35,703 nucleotides of DNA from an uncultured bacterium (lineage in GTDB: Bacteria; Patescibacteriota; Patescibacteriia; UBA1558; GWA2-36-10), in contig CAIRBL010000055.1 in assembly GCA_903876815.1 (NCBI GenBank), forward strand, positions 1 to 35,703, read 5' to 3'. A program made the position numbers and the translations under genes. The notes beneath the pieces are model-generated. The model saw nothing but the letters and a program-made list of their open reading frames with translations, was not told the origin of the DNA and did no database searches. Shown piece by piece: positions 7,891 to 17,272 of the stretch. Every line of letters starts with the position of its first letter. The stretch's first letter is position 1.

Positions 7891-9273
7891 ATGCAAAAAG
7901 AAATTACCAACTATCAAGATAAATGGCCATTGGCAAAAGTGAAAATAACCGAGCTTATTTTAGATATTAAAAATGTTAGACTTGATACCGAATACGAATC
8001 ACAAGATGAGATTATTAACGACCTGTTCCTTAATGAAGAAGCAATGGGCATTTTAGAAAGCATACATCAAAATGGATATTTTCCAGACGAACCGCCAGTT
8101 GTTGTAAAAGAAAATGGAAAATTTGTAGTCTTAGACGGCAATAGAAGAGTAGTGTCTCTAAAGGCTATGTTATCTCCAAATATAGCCCCCTCTAAATATG
8201 CCGCCAAAATAGAGAAATTAATGAGCGGTCGTAAGGCGATTGAAAATATTGATGTCCACGTAGCTAAATCTCGTGATGAGGCAATGGAATATTTAGCTGC
8301 TAAACATACAAAAACTACCAGAAAAGCCTGGAGTGCATTAAGGAGGGCGTATTTTTATTATGCACAAAAAGAAAACGGGCAGTCTGTAGAAAAACTCATT
8401 GAGAGATACAGGGGCGTTGATATTCCTTCCTACATAAAGATGTACGAAATGCATAATGTGGCACTATCTCTAAAGGGCACTTCTGAAGAAATAAAAAACA
8501 AAATAGCAAATAAAAGAACTTTCCCAATATCTACACTCGAAAGATTTTATTCCGATAAATATATTCAGGAAGAACTCGGAATAAACTTCGATAAAATAAC
8601 AGGGGAGGCTACCGTACCATCTGGTGATGATTTTGATAAAGTTTATTCCAGAGTAATCACTGACATTGTTTCTGGAATAGCAACGTCTCGTAAAGAACTA
8701 TCTAAAGAATCCGACAGAAAAAAATATTTAGACTCTATTATTAATGAGGTCTTAGATAAAACTAAAATAGAAAAGAAAAAAACCAAACCCGCCTTTTCTT
8801 TTAAACGACAAAAAAAAGCTTACCGAGAAAAAAATACTTTAGTTTCAAAAAAAATTGAAAATCCTTTTGACTGCCCTGGTATTACTCGTATTTTGTGGGA
8901 ATTACAGGCAATAGATTATCTTAAATTTCCTAATGCGACCGCTGATTTGTTAAGAACTTTTTTAGAAATCATTATAAAAAAATATTTGGAAGAAATAAAA
9001 TCTCTTCCTGCACCAAAAAGAAATGGTGGCTATATTTATTTAGATGATGTGCTTAAAAAAATTAAATCAGATCTACAAACAGCTACTAATCATAAACTAG
9101 TTCAAGTGATAAGTGAAATAGAAAAAAACAAATGGTATCTTGATAGTATTAATCACAACCCAGAAGTTTTTGCTGTTGACTATAGAGTTAAAGAAGCTTG
9201 GGATCAAATATACCCACTTGTGAAATATATATTTGAAACGTATAATAAAAATAAAATAACTGACCAAGCTTAA
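7891..9273 (+). CDS. ParB/Srx-like N-terminal domain protein with a putative HEPN-like C-terminal domain
   Basis: LILDIKNVRL...VVLDGNRRVVSLK (ParB-like); C-terminal LLRTFLE...LDSINHNP. Confidence 0.75.
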   Translation: MQKEITNYQDKWPLAKVKITELILDIKNVRLDTEYESQDEIINDLFLNEEAMGILESIHQNGYFPDEPPVVVKENGKFVVLDGNRRVVSLKAMLSPNIAPSKYAAKIEKLMSGRKAIENIDVHVAKSRDEAMEYLAAKHTKTTRKAWSALRRAYFYYAQKENGQSVEKLIERYRGVDIPSYIKMYEMHNVALSLKGTSEEIKNKIANKRTFPISTLERFYSDKYIQEELGINFDKITGEATVPSGDDFDKVYSRVITDIVSGIATSRKELSKESDRKKYLDSIINEVLDKTKIEKKKTKPAFSFKRQKKAYREKNTLVSKKIENPFDCPGITRILWELQAIDYLKFPNATADLLRTFLEIIIKKYLEEIKSLPAPKRNGGYIYLDDVLKKIKSDLQTATNHKLVQVISEIEKNKWYLDSINHNPEVFAVDYRVKEAWDQIYPLVKYIFETYNKNKITDQA

Positions 9274-9277
9274 AAAT

Positions 9278-10126
9278 ATGAAATTTTATTCACCTTTAAG
9301 GTACCCCGGCGGAAAGAATAAATTATCAAAATTTATTGCTTCTATTTGCAAAGAAAATGCAATAGATGGCAATTACGTTGAGCCATACGCTGGTGGCGCC
9401 TCAGTGGCTCTATACCTTCTTTTTAATGGGTATGTAAAATCCATCACTATAAATGATTATGATAAGGCTATATATGCATTTTGGCATTCCGTATTAAATG
9501 ATACAGAAAGACTGTGCAAAAAAATAAGAAACGCGGATGTTTCAATTAATAATTGGCGCGAACAGAAAAAAATACAAACTAGTAAAGCAACGGAACATAA
9601 TTTATTAAAATTGGGATTTTCGACCTTTTTTTTAAATCGAACTAATTACTCTGGCATTATTGATGGCGGTATGATTGGCGGTGCTTTACAAAAAGGAAAA
9701 TATAAAATTAATTGTCGTTTTAATAAGGAAGAATTGATTGATAGAATAAAATTTATTGCCATACATAAAAAAAATATCCGTTTATTAAATATGGACGCAT
9801 TAGATTTAGTAGACGCAATTGAAAAAGATAATAAAACTATTTTTTATTTTGATCCGCCATATTATTTAAAAGGCCCTTCATTATATATGAACCATTATAA
9901 ACATAGCGATCATAAAAAAGTGAGTGATAAAATAAAAAAAATAGAAAATGCAAAATGGATAGTTTCTTATGATAACACACGAGAAATAAATAAAATGTAT
10001 ATCTCTTGCCCCAAAAAAAAGTATACTTTTTTTCACACGGCTTATAACGCAAGAGAGGGTAAGGAGGTTTTATTTTTTAGTAAAAATATCATATTGCCAA
10101 AAATTATCATCCCAATTATGCACTAA
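9278..10126 (+). CDS. DNA adenine methyltransferase (Dam/D12 class)
   Basis: SPLRYPGGK, YVEPYAGGASV, FFLNRTNYSG, DPPY catalytic motif. Confidence 0.95.
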   Translation: MKFYSPLRYPGGKNKLSKFIASICKENAIDGNYVEPYAGGASVALYLLFNGYVKSITINDYDKAIYAFWHSVLNDTERLCKKIRNADVSINNWREQKKIQTSKATEHNLLKLGFSTFFLNRTNYSGIIDGGMIGGALQKGKYKINCRFNKEELIDRIKFIAIHKKNIRLLNMDALDLVDAIEKDNKTIFYFDPPYYLKGPSLYMNHYKHSDHKKVSDKIKKIENAKWIVSYDNTREINKMYISCPKKKYTFFHTAYNAREGKEVLFFSKNIILPKIIIPIMH

Positions 10127-10160
10127 CTATACCTGTATTTATATTCAAGGTTTGAATAGG

Positions 10161-10203
10161 ACCCCACAAGAACTTCTCTTCCTCAAAAGAGGTGTTTTTG
10201 TTT
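10161..10203 (+). repeat. att-like site 2: 43-bp direct repeat copy A (ACCCCA + terminator)
   Basis: 39/43 identical to 11540-11582 by manual alignment. Confidence 0.85.
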
Positions 10204-10221
10204 TGTAAAATTTAAACAATG

Positions 10222-10253
10222 AAAAAAGGGCCGCAGACTCGTGTCTTTGGCCC
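10222..10253 (-). terminator. Terminator of the GC-rich gene pair
   Basis: Minus strand GGGCCAAAGAC-ACGA-GTCTGCGGCCC-TTTTTT. Confidence 0.7.
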
Positions 10254-10282
10254 CCGTTGATCAGGAGTTGTCTCCCGTACGA

Positions 10283-10732
10283 TTATTCGGACTCGCCATA
10301 GTCGCGAACAATCGTGATGAATGGGTAGGATTTTAGCCCGTAGGCATAACCGCGGAGAATGTCCTTCATGCCGCGATGTTCGTCCTCGTACCCAAAGTTG
10401 ATGGAAATTCGATTTGACAACCAGTAGTAGCGCGTGCCTTCCACAGCCACGAACTCTCGATAAGCCTCAGGATTGAACTGAACGAGCTTCTTGTTGAAGC
10501 TCCGGCTTGCCGAGGCGATCGATACGCGTACTGGACGAGTGTCAATCTTGGCCGCAAAGACCCACGGTGGTGAAGCATGGAAGCCTGCCTGTTTCTCCAA
10601 CCAGAATTTGCCGGAGAACTTGTTCCAGACAATCGCCACCTCGTTCGGCTCTTGGTAGTGCACGAAAGCGAGATAGAAAATCATCAGAACACCGGCGATG
10701 CAAGCTCCTAGGCGTAGGTGCTTACGTTGCAT
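10283..10732 (-). CDS. Membrane-anchored protein with an SPFH/band-7-like N-terminus (paralog 2)
   Basis: TM helix then EPNEVAIVWNKFSG...GFHASPPW...IDTRP; GC-rich. Confidence 0.7.
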   Translation of the reverse strand: MQRKHLRLGACIAGVLMIFYLAFVHYQEPNEVAIVWNKFSGKFWLEKQAGFHASPPWVFAAKIDTRPVRVSIASASRSFNKKLVQFNPEAYREFVAVEGTRYYWLSNRISINFGYEDEHRGMKDILRGYAYGLKSYPFITIVRDYGESE

Positions 10733-10735
10733 GGT

Positions 10736-11314
10736 TTACTTCTCCGTCTGTGGAGGCGTGGCTTTTTCGACGTGTACTTCCTGTGCATTGCCGTCCAATG
10801 GCTTGGAGCCCTCCGTTGTCCCTAGCTCGCGCAAGATCTTCAAGAAGGGGTAGGTATTGCCGTCGTAGGCATAGCTACGTAGGATTTCGCTGAAAGGTGT
10901 AGTGGAACCAACAGCGGAACCAGTACCCGGACCTTCGTAATCGTTTCGACCATGCCAGGACAAGAACAGTTCGAGACCCTTGGGGTCGAATTGAACAAGC
11001 TTGGCATTCAGCACGCGCGAGTTGGCATTCATCTGCAACTGCATCGGCCGCAGGTCCATGGTGTGGACCTTATGGACGATCGGTAACGTGACGATCCAAC
11101 CACGCCTGTAGGTGCCGTCGCTGTTTTCCTGCACGACGATCTCTCCACGGTGTTGGCCGATCAGGTCATACCTGAAAGCCACCTGGTAGTTGTCGACATC
11201 GGTAACAAAGAGCACCTTGAACATGCCCAGTCCGATCCAGAACGAGACAAAGAGCACGACGAACACGACGCCGGTCTTTGCCCAAAAGTTCAAACCATCC
11301 CACAAGTCTTTCAT
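10736..11314 (-). CDS. Membrane-anchored protein with an SPFH/band-7-like N-terminus (paralog 1)
   Basis: AAGGAG SD before ATG 11314; VDNYQVAFRYD...GWIVTLPIV...MDLRP; shares KLVQF.P and YAY...YPF motifs with paralog 2. Confidence 0.75.
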   Translation of the reverse strand: MKDLWDGLNFWAKTGVVFVVLFVSFWIGLGMFKVLFVTDVDNYQVAFRYDLIGQHRGEIVVQENSDGTYRRGWIVTLPIVHKVHTMDLRPMQLQMNANSRVLNAKLVQFDPKGLELFLSWHGRNDYEGPGTGSAVGSTTPFSEILRSYAYDGNTYPFLKILRELGTTEGSKPLDGNAQEVHVEKATPPQTEK

Positions 11315-11364
11315 CTCTGACTCCTTTTCTGTGTTGGCGGAACCAAACCTATGGTTCATTGGGC

Positions 11365-11409
11365 TTTTCAATGACTTGTTATTGTAGCATTTATAATATA
11401 TTTTGTCAA
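11365..11409 (-). promoter_or_regulatory. sigma70 promoter plus boxA-like motif
   Basis: TTGACA-17 nt-TACAAT (extended TG), then GTCATTGAAAA. Confidence 0.7.
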
Positions 11410-11539
11410 TAGCTGGTTCTAACCTACTTAAAATAGACCTTGAGCTTACAAAATTATTAAACTAGCCAATCTTTATTTCCGGTATATAAACATTAACTAA
11501 CTCACGGCTTAATATATTTCCGATTGATTTTATCAGGTT

Positions 11540-11582
11540 ACCCCACAACAGCATCTCTTCTTCAAAAGAGGTGTTTTTGTTT
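11540..11582 (+). repeat. att-like site 3: 43-bp direct repeat copy B
   Basis: ACCCCACAACAGCATCTCTTCTTCAAAAGAGGTGTTTTTGTTT; hairpin plus U-tract. Confidence 0.85.
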
Positions 11583-11636
11583 GACCAATAAATAAAACAA
11601 ACATATACTATAAATAATTAATATTAATTTTCTATA

Positions 11637-12908
11637 ATGAAATTATTTGAAAATCTCAAAAAACATCAATGGATTATTACAGAGGCTATTATGGTTGGTA
11701 TCCTAGGTTCAGTTTTTATAGCCAGCTTTTTTGTATGGGGAGAAATTAAATCATTTAATAATAAATTAGCCAACACTTTAGAATTACCTGGCACCGCTAT
11801 AGATATGATGAATGGTGACAATGACCAAGTTGATATTAATGCTTGTGATAAAAATACTATTAAGGATTTTGGTGAAGTAAAAGAAGGGACTGATATTTTT
11901 GTATATACAACTAGATGTTTTTTAGATGTCACACCTTTAAATGCGTCGACTATATTTTATCAATTTTATGCGCGAGATTTTGGGGGTACTTTCAATAAAG
12001 AAATTTATAATGTTTTGAATACACCGGATTTCGATGGTGGTTCAGGCGTAGTAATCAGCGATCCCCATAAAAATTTTATTGGAATATATAGGATTAATGA
12101 AAATGGCGAGACAATAGTGATAGATAGTTTTGGTAATAAAATTTCAGAAGAAGCACCAGACTATCGAAAAAATGTCTATGAGTCCCCAGATAAAAACATA
12201 ACTGTAAGTATCGATTATCCAGAGCTTAGGGGTAATACTTCTTTAACAATTGTTAATAATGAGAGTGGCGCTAAATATTTCTTTGATGATTTTAAACAAA
12301 GTTTACATGGTATTCGTCATGGAGCTTGGTCCGTTGATGGTAAGACTTTATATATAACAGGAGGTATCTATGAGTTTTCTGCGCCAGCAAGATTGTGGAG
12401 TATTGATGTTGATTCTGGTAAGATTAGTGAATATGATAATTTAGATGGATATTTTTATCCGGTGTATATTTTTCCAGAAGAGAATATCGCATATTTTACA
12501 GATGCTGAAGCAAATTTTGAATCGGAAAATAGAGAAATTAGTCTCTATAAAATGGATCTTGCTTCAAGGAAGATAGAAAAAGTTTATACAGATAAAGCCA
12601 CATGGACATTTAATAACCTTAAAGTAATTGACGGCAGTTTATATTACAGGGCTTTTTATGAAGATAAAGGTCAAGTTATTGTGAAGCTTAGCGGTAAGCA
12701 AAAAGAAATTTTTCTAGAGAATGTTACTGATCTTAAAGTGGGCACAGGCCCTCGCTTTGTTGCTACTGTTGATAATGGTTATTTTGTTTTTGATCTAGAA
12801 AAAGGCATTAGTCAGCTAATTGAGGTGCCAACTAGATACGATGGCTTACCAATAATAGATAAAACCGAATATTTTCAAAATATCGATGGGATTATTGAAA
12901 CTTATTAA
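11637..12908 (+). CDS. Membrane-anchored surface protein, probable beta-propeller
   Basis: N-terminal TM; ESPDK, AWSVDGKTLYIT, LWSIDVDSG and LYKMDLASR blade-like motifs. Confidence 0.7.
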   Translation: MKLFENLKKHQWIITEAIMVGILGSVFIASFFVWGEIKSFNNKLANTLELPGTAIDMMNGDNDQVDINACDKNTIKDFGEVKEGTDIFVYTTRCFLDVTPLNASTIFYQFYARDFGGTFNKEIYNVLNTPDFDGGSGVVISDPHKNFIGIYRINENGETIVIDSFGNKISEEAPDYRKNVYESPDKNITVSIDYPELRGNTSLTIVNNESGAKYFFDDFKQSLHGIRHGAWSVDGKTLYITGGIYEFSAPARLWSIDVDSGKISEYDNLDGYFYPVYIFPEENIAYFTDAEANFESENREISLYKMDLASRKIEKVYTDKATWTFNNLKVIDGSLYYRAFYEDKGQVIVKLSGKQKEIFLENVTDLKVGTGPRFVATVDNGYFVFDLEKGISQLIEVPTRYDGLPIIDKTEYFQNIDGIIETY

Positions 12909-12912
12909 ACTT

Positions 12913-13176
12913 ATGAATTTTTTTAAAACATTATTTATTAGTGGCACAGGAAATTTTGCTGAAATTAACTCGGAGTTTTTAGAAAAGAAAAAACTTAGTT
13001 ATCCGCCAGATGGCTCATATTTAATCTGGCTCAAAAATACATATGGTAAACTTCAGGCGGCGATGATAGTGGCTAAAGAAAAAGGCGAAATTGTGCTAGT
13101 GGAGTGGGCTGCCAAAATTCAATTAGTAGAAGAGGAGATAGAGAAAGAAAAAAATTTAAGACCACAGGTTAATTAG
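12913..13176 (+). CDS. Hypothetical protein (87 aa)
   Basis: Co-oriented ORF filling the gap between neighbours; ATG 12913. Confidence 0.6.
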   Translation: MNFFKTLFISGTGNFAEINSEFLEKKKLSYPPDGSYLIWLKNTYGKLQAAMIVAKEKGEIVLVEWAAKIQLVEEEIEKEKNLRPQVN

Positions 13177-13184
13177 AAAAAAAT

Positions 13185-14321
13185 ATGAAGTTACTCAAAG
13201 GCCTAAAAAAATCCGAGAATATTGTTTTTATAGCCATAATAGTTGGTATTCTAGGTGTGTTTATTATAACTAGCTTTTTTATATGGGGAGAAATGAAATC
13301 ATTCCATAAAAACAAAGAGATTGTCGATAATCCAAGTGATAATAGTTGGCAAACTTATACAAATAATGATTATTTTTATAGTATCAAATACCCATCGGAT
13401 TGGAGTGTAAATAATTGGTCTAATATAATTCAAATATTACCACCCGGCGAAAAATCTATAGGACAATATAGCTCTGGACCAGCTATTTCTATTATGCACG
13501 TTGATCAAATTGATTCACTCAATAGTGATGAAACAAATAAAATTTATATAAATAACATGGCCGTTACAAAATGGGAATTTGCGAACGATGTTGATACTTA
13601 TGTGAATTTATGTTTTCCTCGTCCCGAAGGAGGTTGTATTAAAATTTATTGGTTAAAATCTTTAGAAAATAAACACGAAAATTTTTGGGAAATAATAGAG
13701 TCAATTACCATTTTAAATGATGATAGCCCGGAATGGGAACTATACACTGACTATGAGCTTGGTATTTCATTTCGTTATCCAAAATTAAAATGGGGTAAAA
13801 TAAATGTTTTATCCATGAAAGAAAGTGATCACAACGATAATGTTTTTAAATCAGGTAAAGCAAAAATAATAAAATTTAACAAATACTACGGTGCTTCGTT
13901 ATCGGCTTTTTCAAATAATTTTTCTCATATGTATTACCAAGATCCATACTTAGGAGGTCAGGATTTGAGTAAGACTTGTACCAATGAAAAAATATTGACT
14001 GATAAAGGAATATGTAAAAATATCAATGTAGATAACCAATCAACTTACGAAAACATAACTGATTTTGGATATGAATGTTCGTTTGTTGATTCTCGTAGAA
14101 TTAGTTTAAACTTAGATCAAAATGGATACTCTGGCATGCTTATCAGTCAAACACTACCATCTAGCCAAAACTGCGGCTCTCTTGAGATAGAAAATATGAA
14201 CGAAATTAATAGGGCAAAAGATTTAACAAGCCAATACAACAGAGAAAATCTACCAAAATCATATTTAACCAATTTAGAGTTAATGGATCAGGTTTTATCT
14301 TCATTTAAATTTTTGAATTAA
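13185..14321 (+). CDS. Membrane-anchored surface protein with two PsbP-like repeats
   Basis: WQTYTNNDYFYSIKYPSDW and WELYTDYELGISFRYP; ends DQVLSSFKF. Confidence 0.75.
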   Translation: MKLLKGLKKSENIVFIAIIVGILGVFIITSFFIWGEMKSFHKNKEIVDNPSDNSWQTYTNNDYFYSIKYPSDWSVNNWSNIIQILPPGEKSIGQYSSGPAISIMHVDQIDSLNSDETNKIYINNMAVTKWEFANDVDTYVNLCFPRPEGGCIKIYWLKSLENKHENFWEIIESITILNDDSPEWELYTDYELGISFRYPKLKWGKINVLSMKESDHNDNVFKSGKAKIIKFNKYYGASLSAFSNNFSHMYYQDPYLGGQDLSKTCTNEKILTDKGICKNINVDNQSTYENITDFGYECSFVDSRRISLNLDQNGYSGMLISQTLPSSQNCGSLEIENMNEINRAKDLTSQYNRENLPKSYLTNLELMDQVLSSFKFLN

Positions 14322-14329
14322 AATTTAAC

Positions 14330-14373
14330 TACAACCAAAAAACACTGAGTGAAATCGAAAGGTGTTTTGTTGT
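14330..14373 (+). terminator. Terminator related to att-like site 1; possible distal island boundary
   Basis: TACAACCAAAAAAC identical to 7310-7323; 3' arm AGGTGTTTTG as in sites 2 and 3. Confidence 0.55.
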
Positions 14374-14450
14374 TATTCTGTCAAGGTAAAATTATTTTGA
14401 TACATAGTCTTTTTTATGAGCATTTGTTATAATATGATTAAATTAAATTT

Positions 14451-15539
14451 ATGAAAAAACTTTTTATTATTATATTATTAGCTTTATTTTTACCACTTGG
14501 TGTTTTGGCGCAACAAGAGGAAATGTTTAAGGCCAGAGTTTTGCAAGTACTTGATCAAAAAGAGAATATAGATGAAGCTGGTGTTTTGTTGCTGCAACAA
14601 AATTTAAAACTCAAAGCTTTGGACGGTAGTTTTGCTGGGCAAGAAATAACTTTTTATGGCATTGATGATTTTCAGGTCGTATCTGGTCAAGTATATGAAG
14701 CTGGAGATAGAGTAGTGGTTAACCACAGACAAGACGAAGCTGGCAAAGATGTTTTTTTTGTATTAGATTATGACAGAACAAATCCTATCATTTGGTTAGC
14801 TTGCATTTTTATTTTGAGTGTTATTTTTATTGGTCGCTGGAAAGGCTTACGCTCTTTGATTGGTTTAGTAGCTAGTTTTGTAGTAATTTTGAAGTTCATT
14901 ATTCCTCAGATTGTCGCTGGCTCAAATCCTATTTTGATTTCTGTTACAGGTAGTATTGTGATTTTATTTTTTGCTATTTATCTGACACAAGGTTTTGGCA
15001 GAAAATCTCATTTAGCTAATCTAGCCTTGGTGACATCTTTATTATTCACAGCCGTTCTGTCTGTTTTCTTTACCCATTTAGCACAATTGAGTGGCTATTT
15101 AGGTGAAGAAACTATTTTTTTGTTAGAGTCTAGCCAAGGTAGTATAAATTTACAAGGTTTATTATTGGCTGGCATTATGCTTGGTACTTTAGGGGTTTTG
15201 GATGATGTGATTATCAGTCAGATTTCGACAGTGGAGCAGATCAAACTTGCTAATCCTAACTTAAGTAAAAAACAAGTTTATAAAATGAGCTTAAAAGTTG
15301 GCGTTGATCACATCACCTCCATGATCAATACTTTATTTTTTGCTTATGCTGGCGTAGCTTTGCCGATGTTGATTCTATTTAGCCAAAGTGATGTTTTGGG
15401 CTTGAATCTGACCCAAGTGATCAATAACGAGATGATTGCTACTGAGATTATTCGTACTTTGCTAGGTAGTATTGGCTTAGTTTTTTCTATTCCGATAGCT
15501 AATTTTTTGGCTAGCTATTTTCTGTCAGTCAAAAAATAA
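14451..15539 (+). CDS. YibE/F family membrane protein
   Basis: IGRWKGLRSL, GTLGVLDDV, MINTLFFAYAG, EIIRTLLGSIGL motifs. Confidence 0.9.
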   Translation: MKKLFIIILLALFLPLGVLAQQEEMFKARVLQVLDQKENIDEAGVLLLQQNLKLKALDGSFAGQEITFYGIDDFQVVSGQVYEAGDRVVVNHRQDEAGKDVFFVLDYDRTNPIIWLACIFILSVIFIGRWKGLRSLIGLVASFVVILKFIIPQIVAGSNPILISVTGSIVILFFAIYLTQGFGRKSHLANLALVTSLLFTAVLSVFFTHLAQLSGYLGEETIFLLESSQGSINLQGLLLAGIMLGTLGVLDDVIISQISTVEQIKLANPNLSKKQVYKMSLKVGVDHITSMINTLFFAYAGVALPMLILFSQSDVLGLNLTQVINNEMIATEIIRTLLGSIGLVFSIPIANFLASYFLSVKK

Positions 15540-15609
15540 TACAAAGCTAAAATATTTTTTTAAAAAAAGTCTCTTTGTCAAAAAGAGGCTTTTTGATTAT
15601 AATAGCCTT

Positions 15610-17271
15610 ATGTTAAGTCTGACTACTATTTCTATTTTAGCTTGGGCCAAAATCATTGGTTTTTCTTTTGTTTTTCTAGGGCTTTATTTGATTTGGACTA
15701 AAAAATCAGTAAATTATTGGCTTTATAGTACGGCTTTGGCTGTAGTTTTGTTTTATTTGGTTTTAGCTAAGGATTTGCAAACCATGTTTGGTTCTAATGT
15801 CGGTGATGAGTTATTTATTTTGGCTTATTTGTCTAAAACTTTAGTCGGAAACTTGGGACATGATTTTTATTATGATCATTTACCTCAATTTTATCCACCA
15901 TTATATTTTTGGCTCACGGGTATTTTGGCCAAGCCATTGGTTACTAACGCCATTGGAGCCGCTAAGCTTGGTGTCTTGGCTACACTGATGATGTGGCTAT
16001 TAGGTGCTTATTATTATCAGAAATTTTATTGGCAAAAAATTTATCAAGAAAAATTTGCCAGCAAAAAAATTATAGAAAATAAATGGTTTTGGTTTTTATA
16101 TCCAGTTTTGTATTTTTTAAGTTTAGATTTTTCAGCCATTATTTTTAAACCATACGAAGCAATCTCCGCTTTGTTTGGTATTTTATTGTTAGTTTATTTG
16201 GCTCGTGCTCTTTGGCAAAAAGTTTGGCCAAAAAAATATTATGTCTTTTTTGGTATTAGTGCTGGTTTGGTTTTTTTGACTTTTTATTTTTGGTTTGTGA
16301 TTTTTATTCCGGTTATTTTAGTTTTGATTTTTGTGACGAAAAATATCAAGCTAAATTTAAGTAGATTATTAAAAATATTTTTAGTTTTTTTGCCCTTGGC
16401 CTTAGTTTTTGTCGGCCCGTTAGTCTGGTCGTATATTAAATACGGAGTCGAAAATGCTCAGGCTACACATTTTGTGGCCGAAGATTTTTTTAGTTTCTTA
16501 CCTTGGCAAAATTTAAATCTACAAAGCCTATTATTTTTCCTAGGCTTAATTAGCTTATTTATATTTTACAAAAAATCAGCCGTTAAAAGCATGGCTTGGG
16601 CAGTGATTTTTAGCTTTGGCTATCAAATTTTTAATTTATTTTTATTTGTTAGTGGCTTAAAACCTATTCAGGCTTCAAAACCATTTTATTTTTTAGCTAC
16701 CGCTGCTTTGATTTTTGCTGCTAGTTATTTATTAGTTTATCTTTACCAAAAATATCCAGCTAAAAAATATAATAAAGTTATTTTAAGTATAATATTTATT
16801 TTATTGGTTGGTTTATTACCGCATTTTAGCTTTATAGAAAAACCAGAAGTTTTAGCACGGCTTGAAAAGGATTTGGTGAAACCAGAAATTGCTAGTTTAG
16901 CACAAGACATAAAAAATATAGTACCGGATTATCAAGCATACACTTGGCTTTCTTCTGGCTCTTCAGAGCTTAATGCTTATTTACCGCTTTCTTATTATCT
17001 AGCTAACTCGGTGCATTTTTCTCATCACGCAGCTTTGTTTAGCGAGCGTTTAAATAAATTAAAAAATCAAGAATTAAGTTCAGAAATTGATGCTTTGTTA
17101 TTATATGATGACGGTGCAGATCAAAATAATTATATTTTGAATTTTTGGGTAGATAATTATCCAAATGGTGGTAGAGATGAAATTATTTATTTGTCAAAAA
17201 GTTTAATTAAGACAGAGGACTGGCAAGAAGTTTATCATAAAAATAAGTGGTTAATTTTTTTAAAGAAATAG
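15610..17271 (+). CDS. AftA-like (arabinofuranosyltransferase) GT-C membrane glycosyltransferase
   Basis: GDELF...DFYYDHLPQFYPPLYFWLTG, KPYE and HFSHHAALFSER resemble AftA motifs. Confidence 0.7.
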   Translation: MLSLTTISILAWAKIIGFSFVFLGLYLIWTKKSVNYWLYSTALAVVLFYLVLAKDLQTMFGSNVGDELFILAYLSKTLVGNLGHDFYYDHLPQFYPPLYFWLTGILAKPLVTNAIGAAKLGVLATLMMWLLGAYYYQKFYWQKIYQEKFASKKIIENKWFWFLYPVLYFLSLDFSAIIFKPYEAISALFGILLLVYLARALWQKVWPKKYYVFFGISAGLVFLTFYFWFVIFIPVILVLIFVTKNIKLNLSRLLKIFLVFLPLALVFVGPLVWSYIKYGVENAQATHFVAEDFFSFLPWQNLNLQSLLFFLGLISLFIFYKKSAVKSMAWAVIFSFGYQIFNLFLFVSGLKPIQASKPFYFLATAALIFAASYLLVYLYQKYPAKKYNKVILSIIFILLVGLLPHFSFIEKPEVLARLEKDLVKPEIASLAQDIKNIVPDYQAYTWLSSGSSELNAYLPLSYYLANSVHFSHHAALFSERLNKLKNQELSSEIDALLLYDDGADQNNYILNFWVDNYPNGGRDEIIYLSKSLIKTEDWQEVYHKNKWLIFLKK

Positions 17272-17272
17272 C

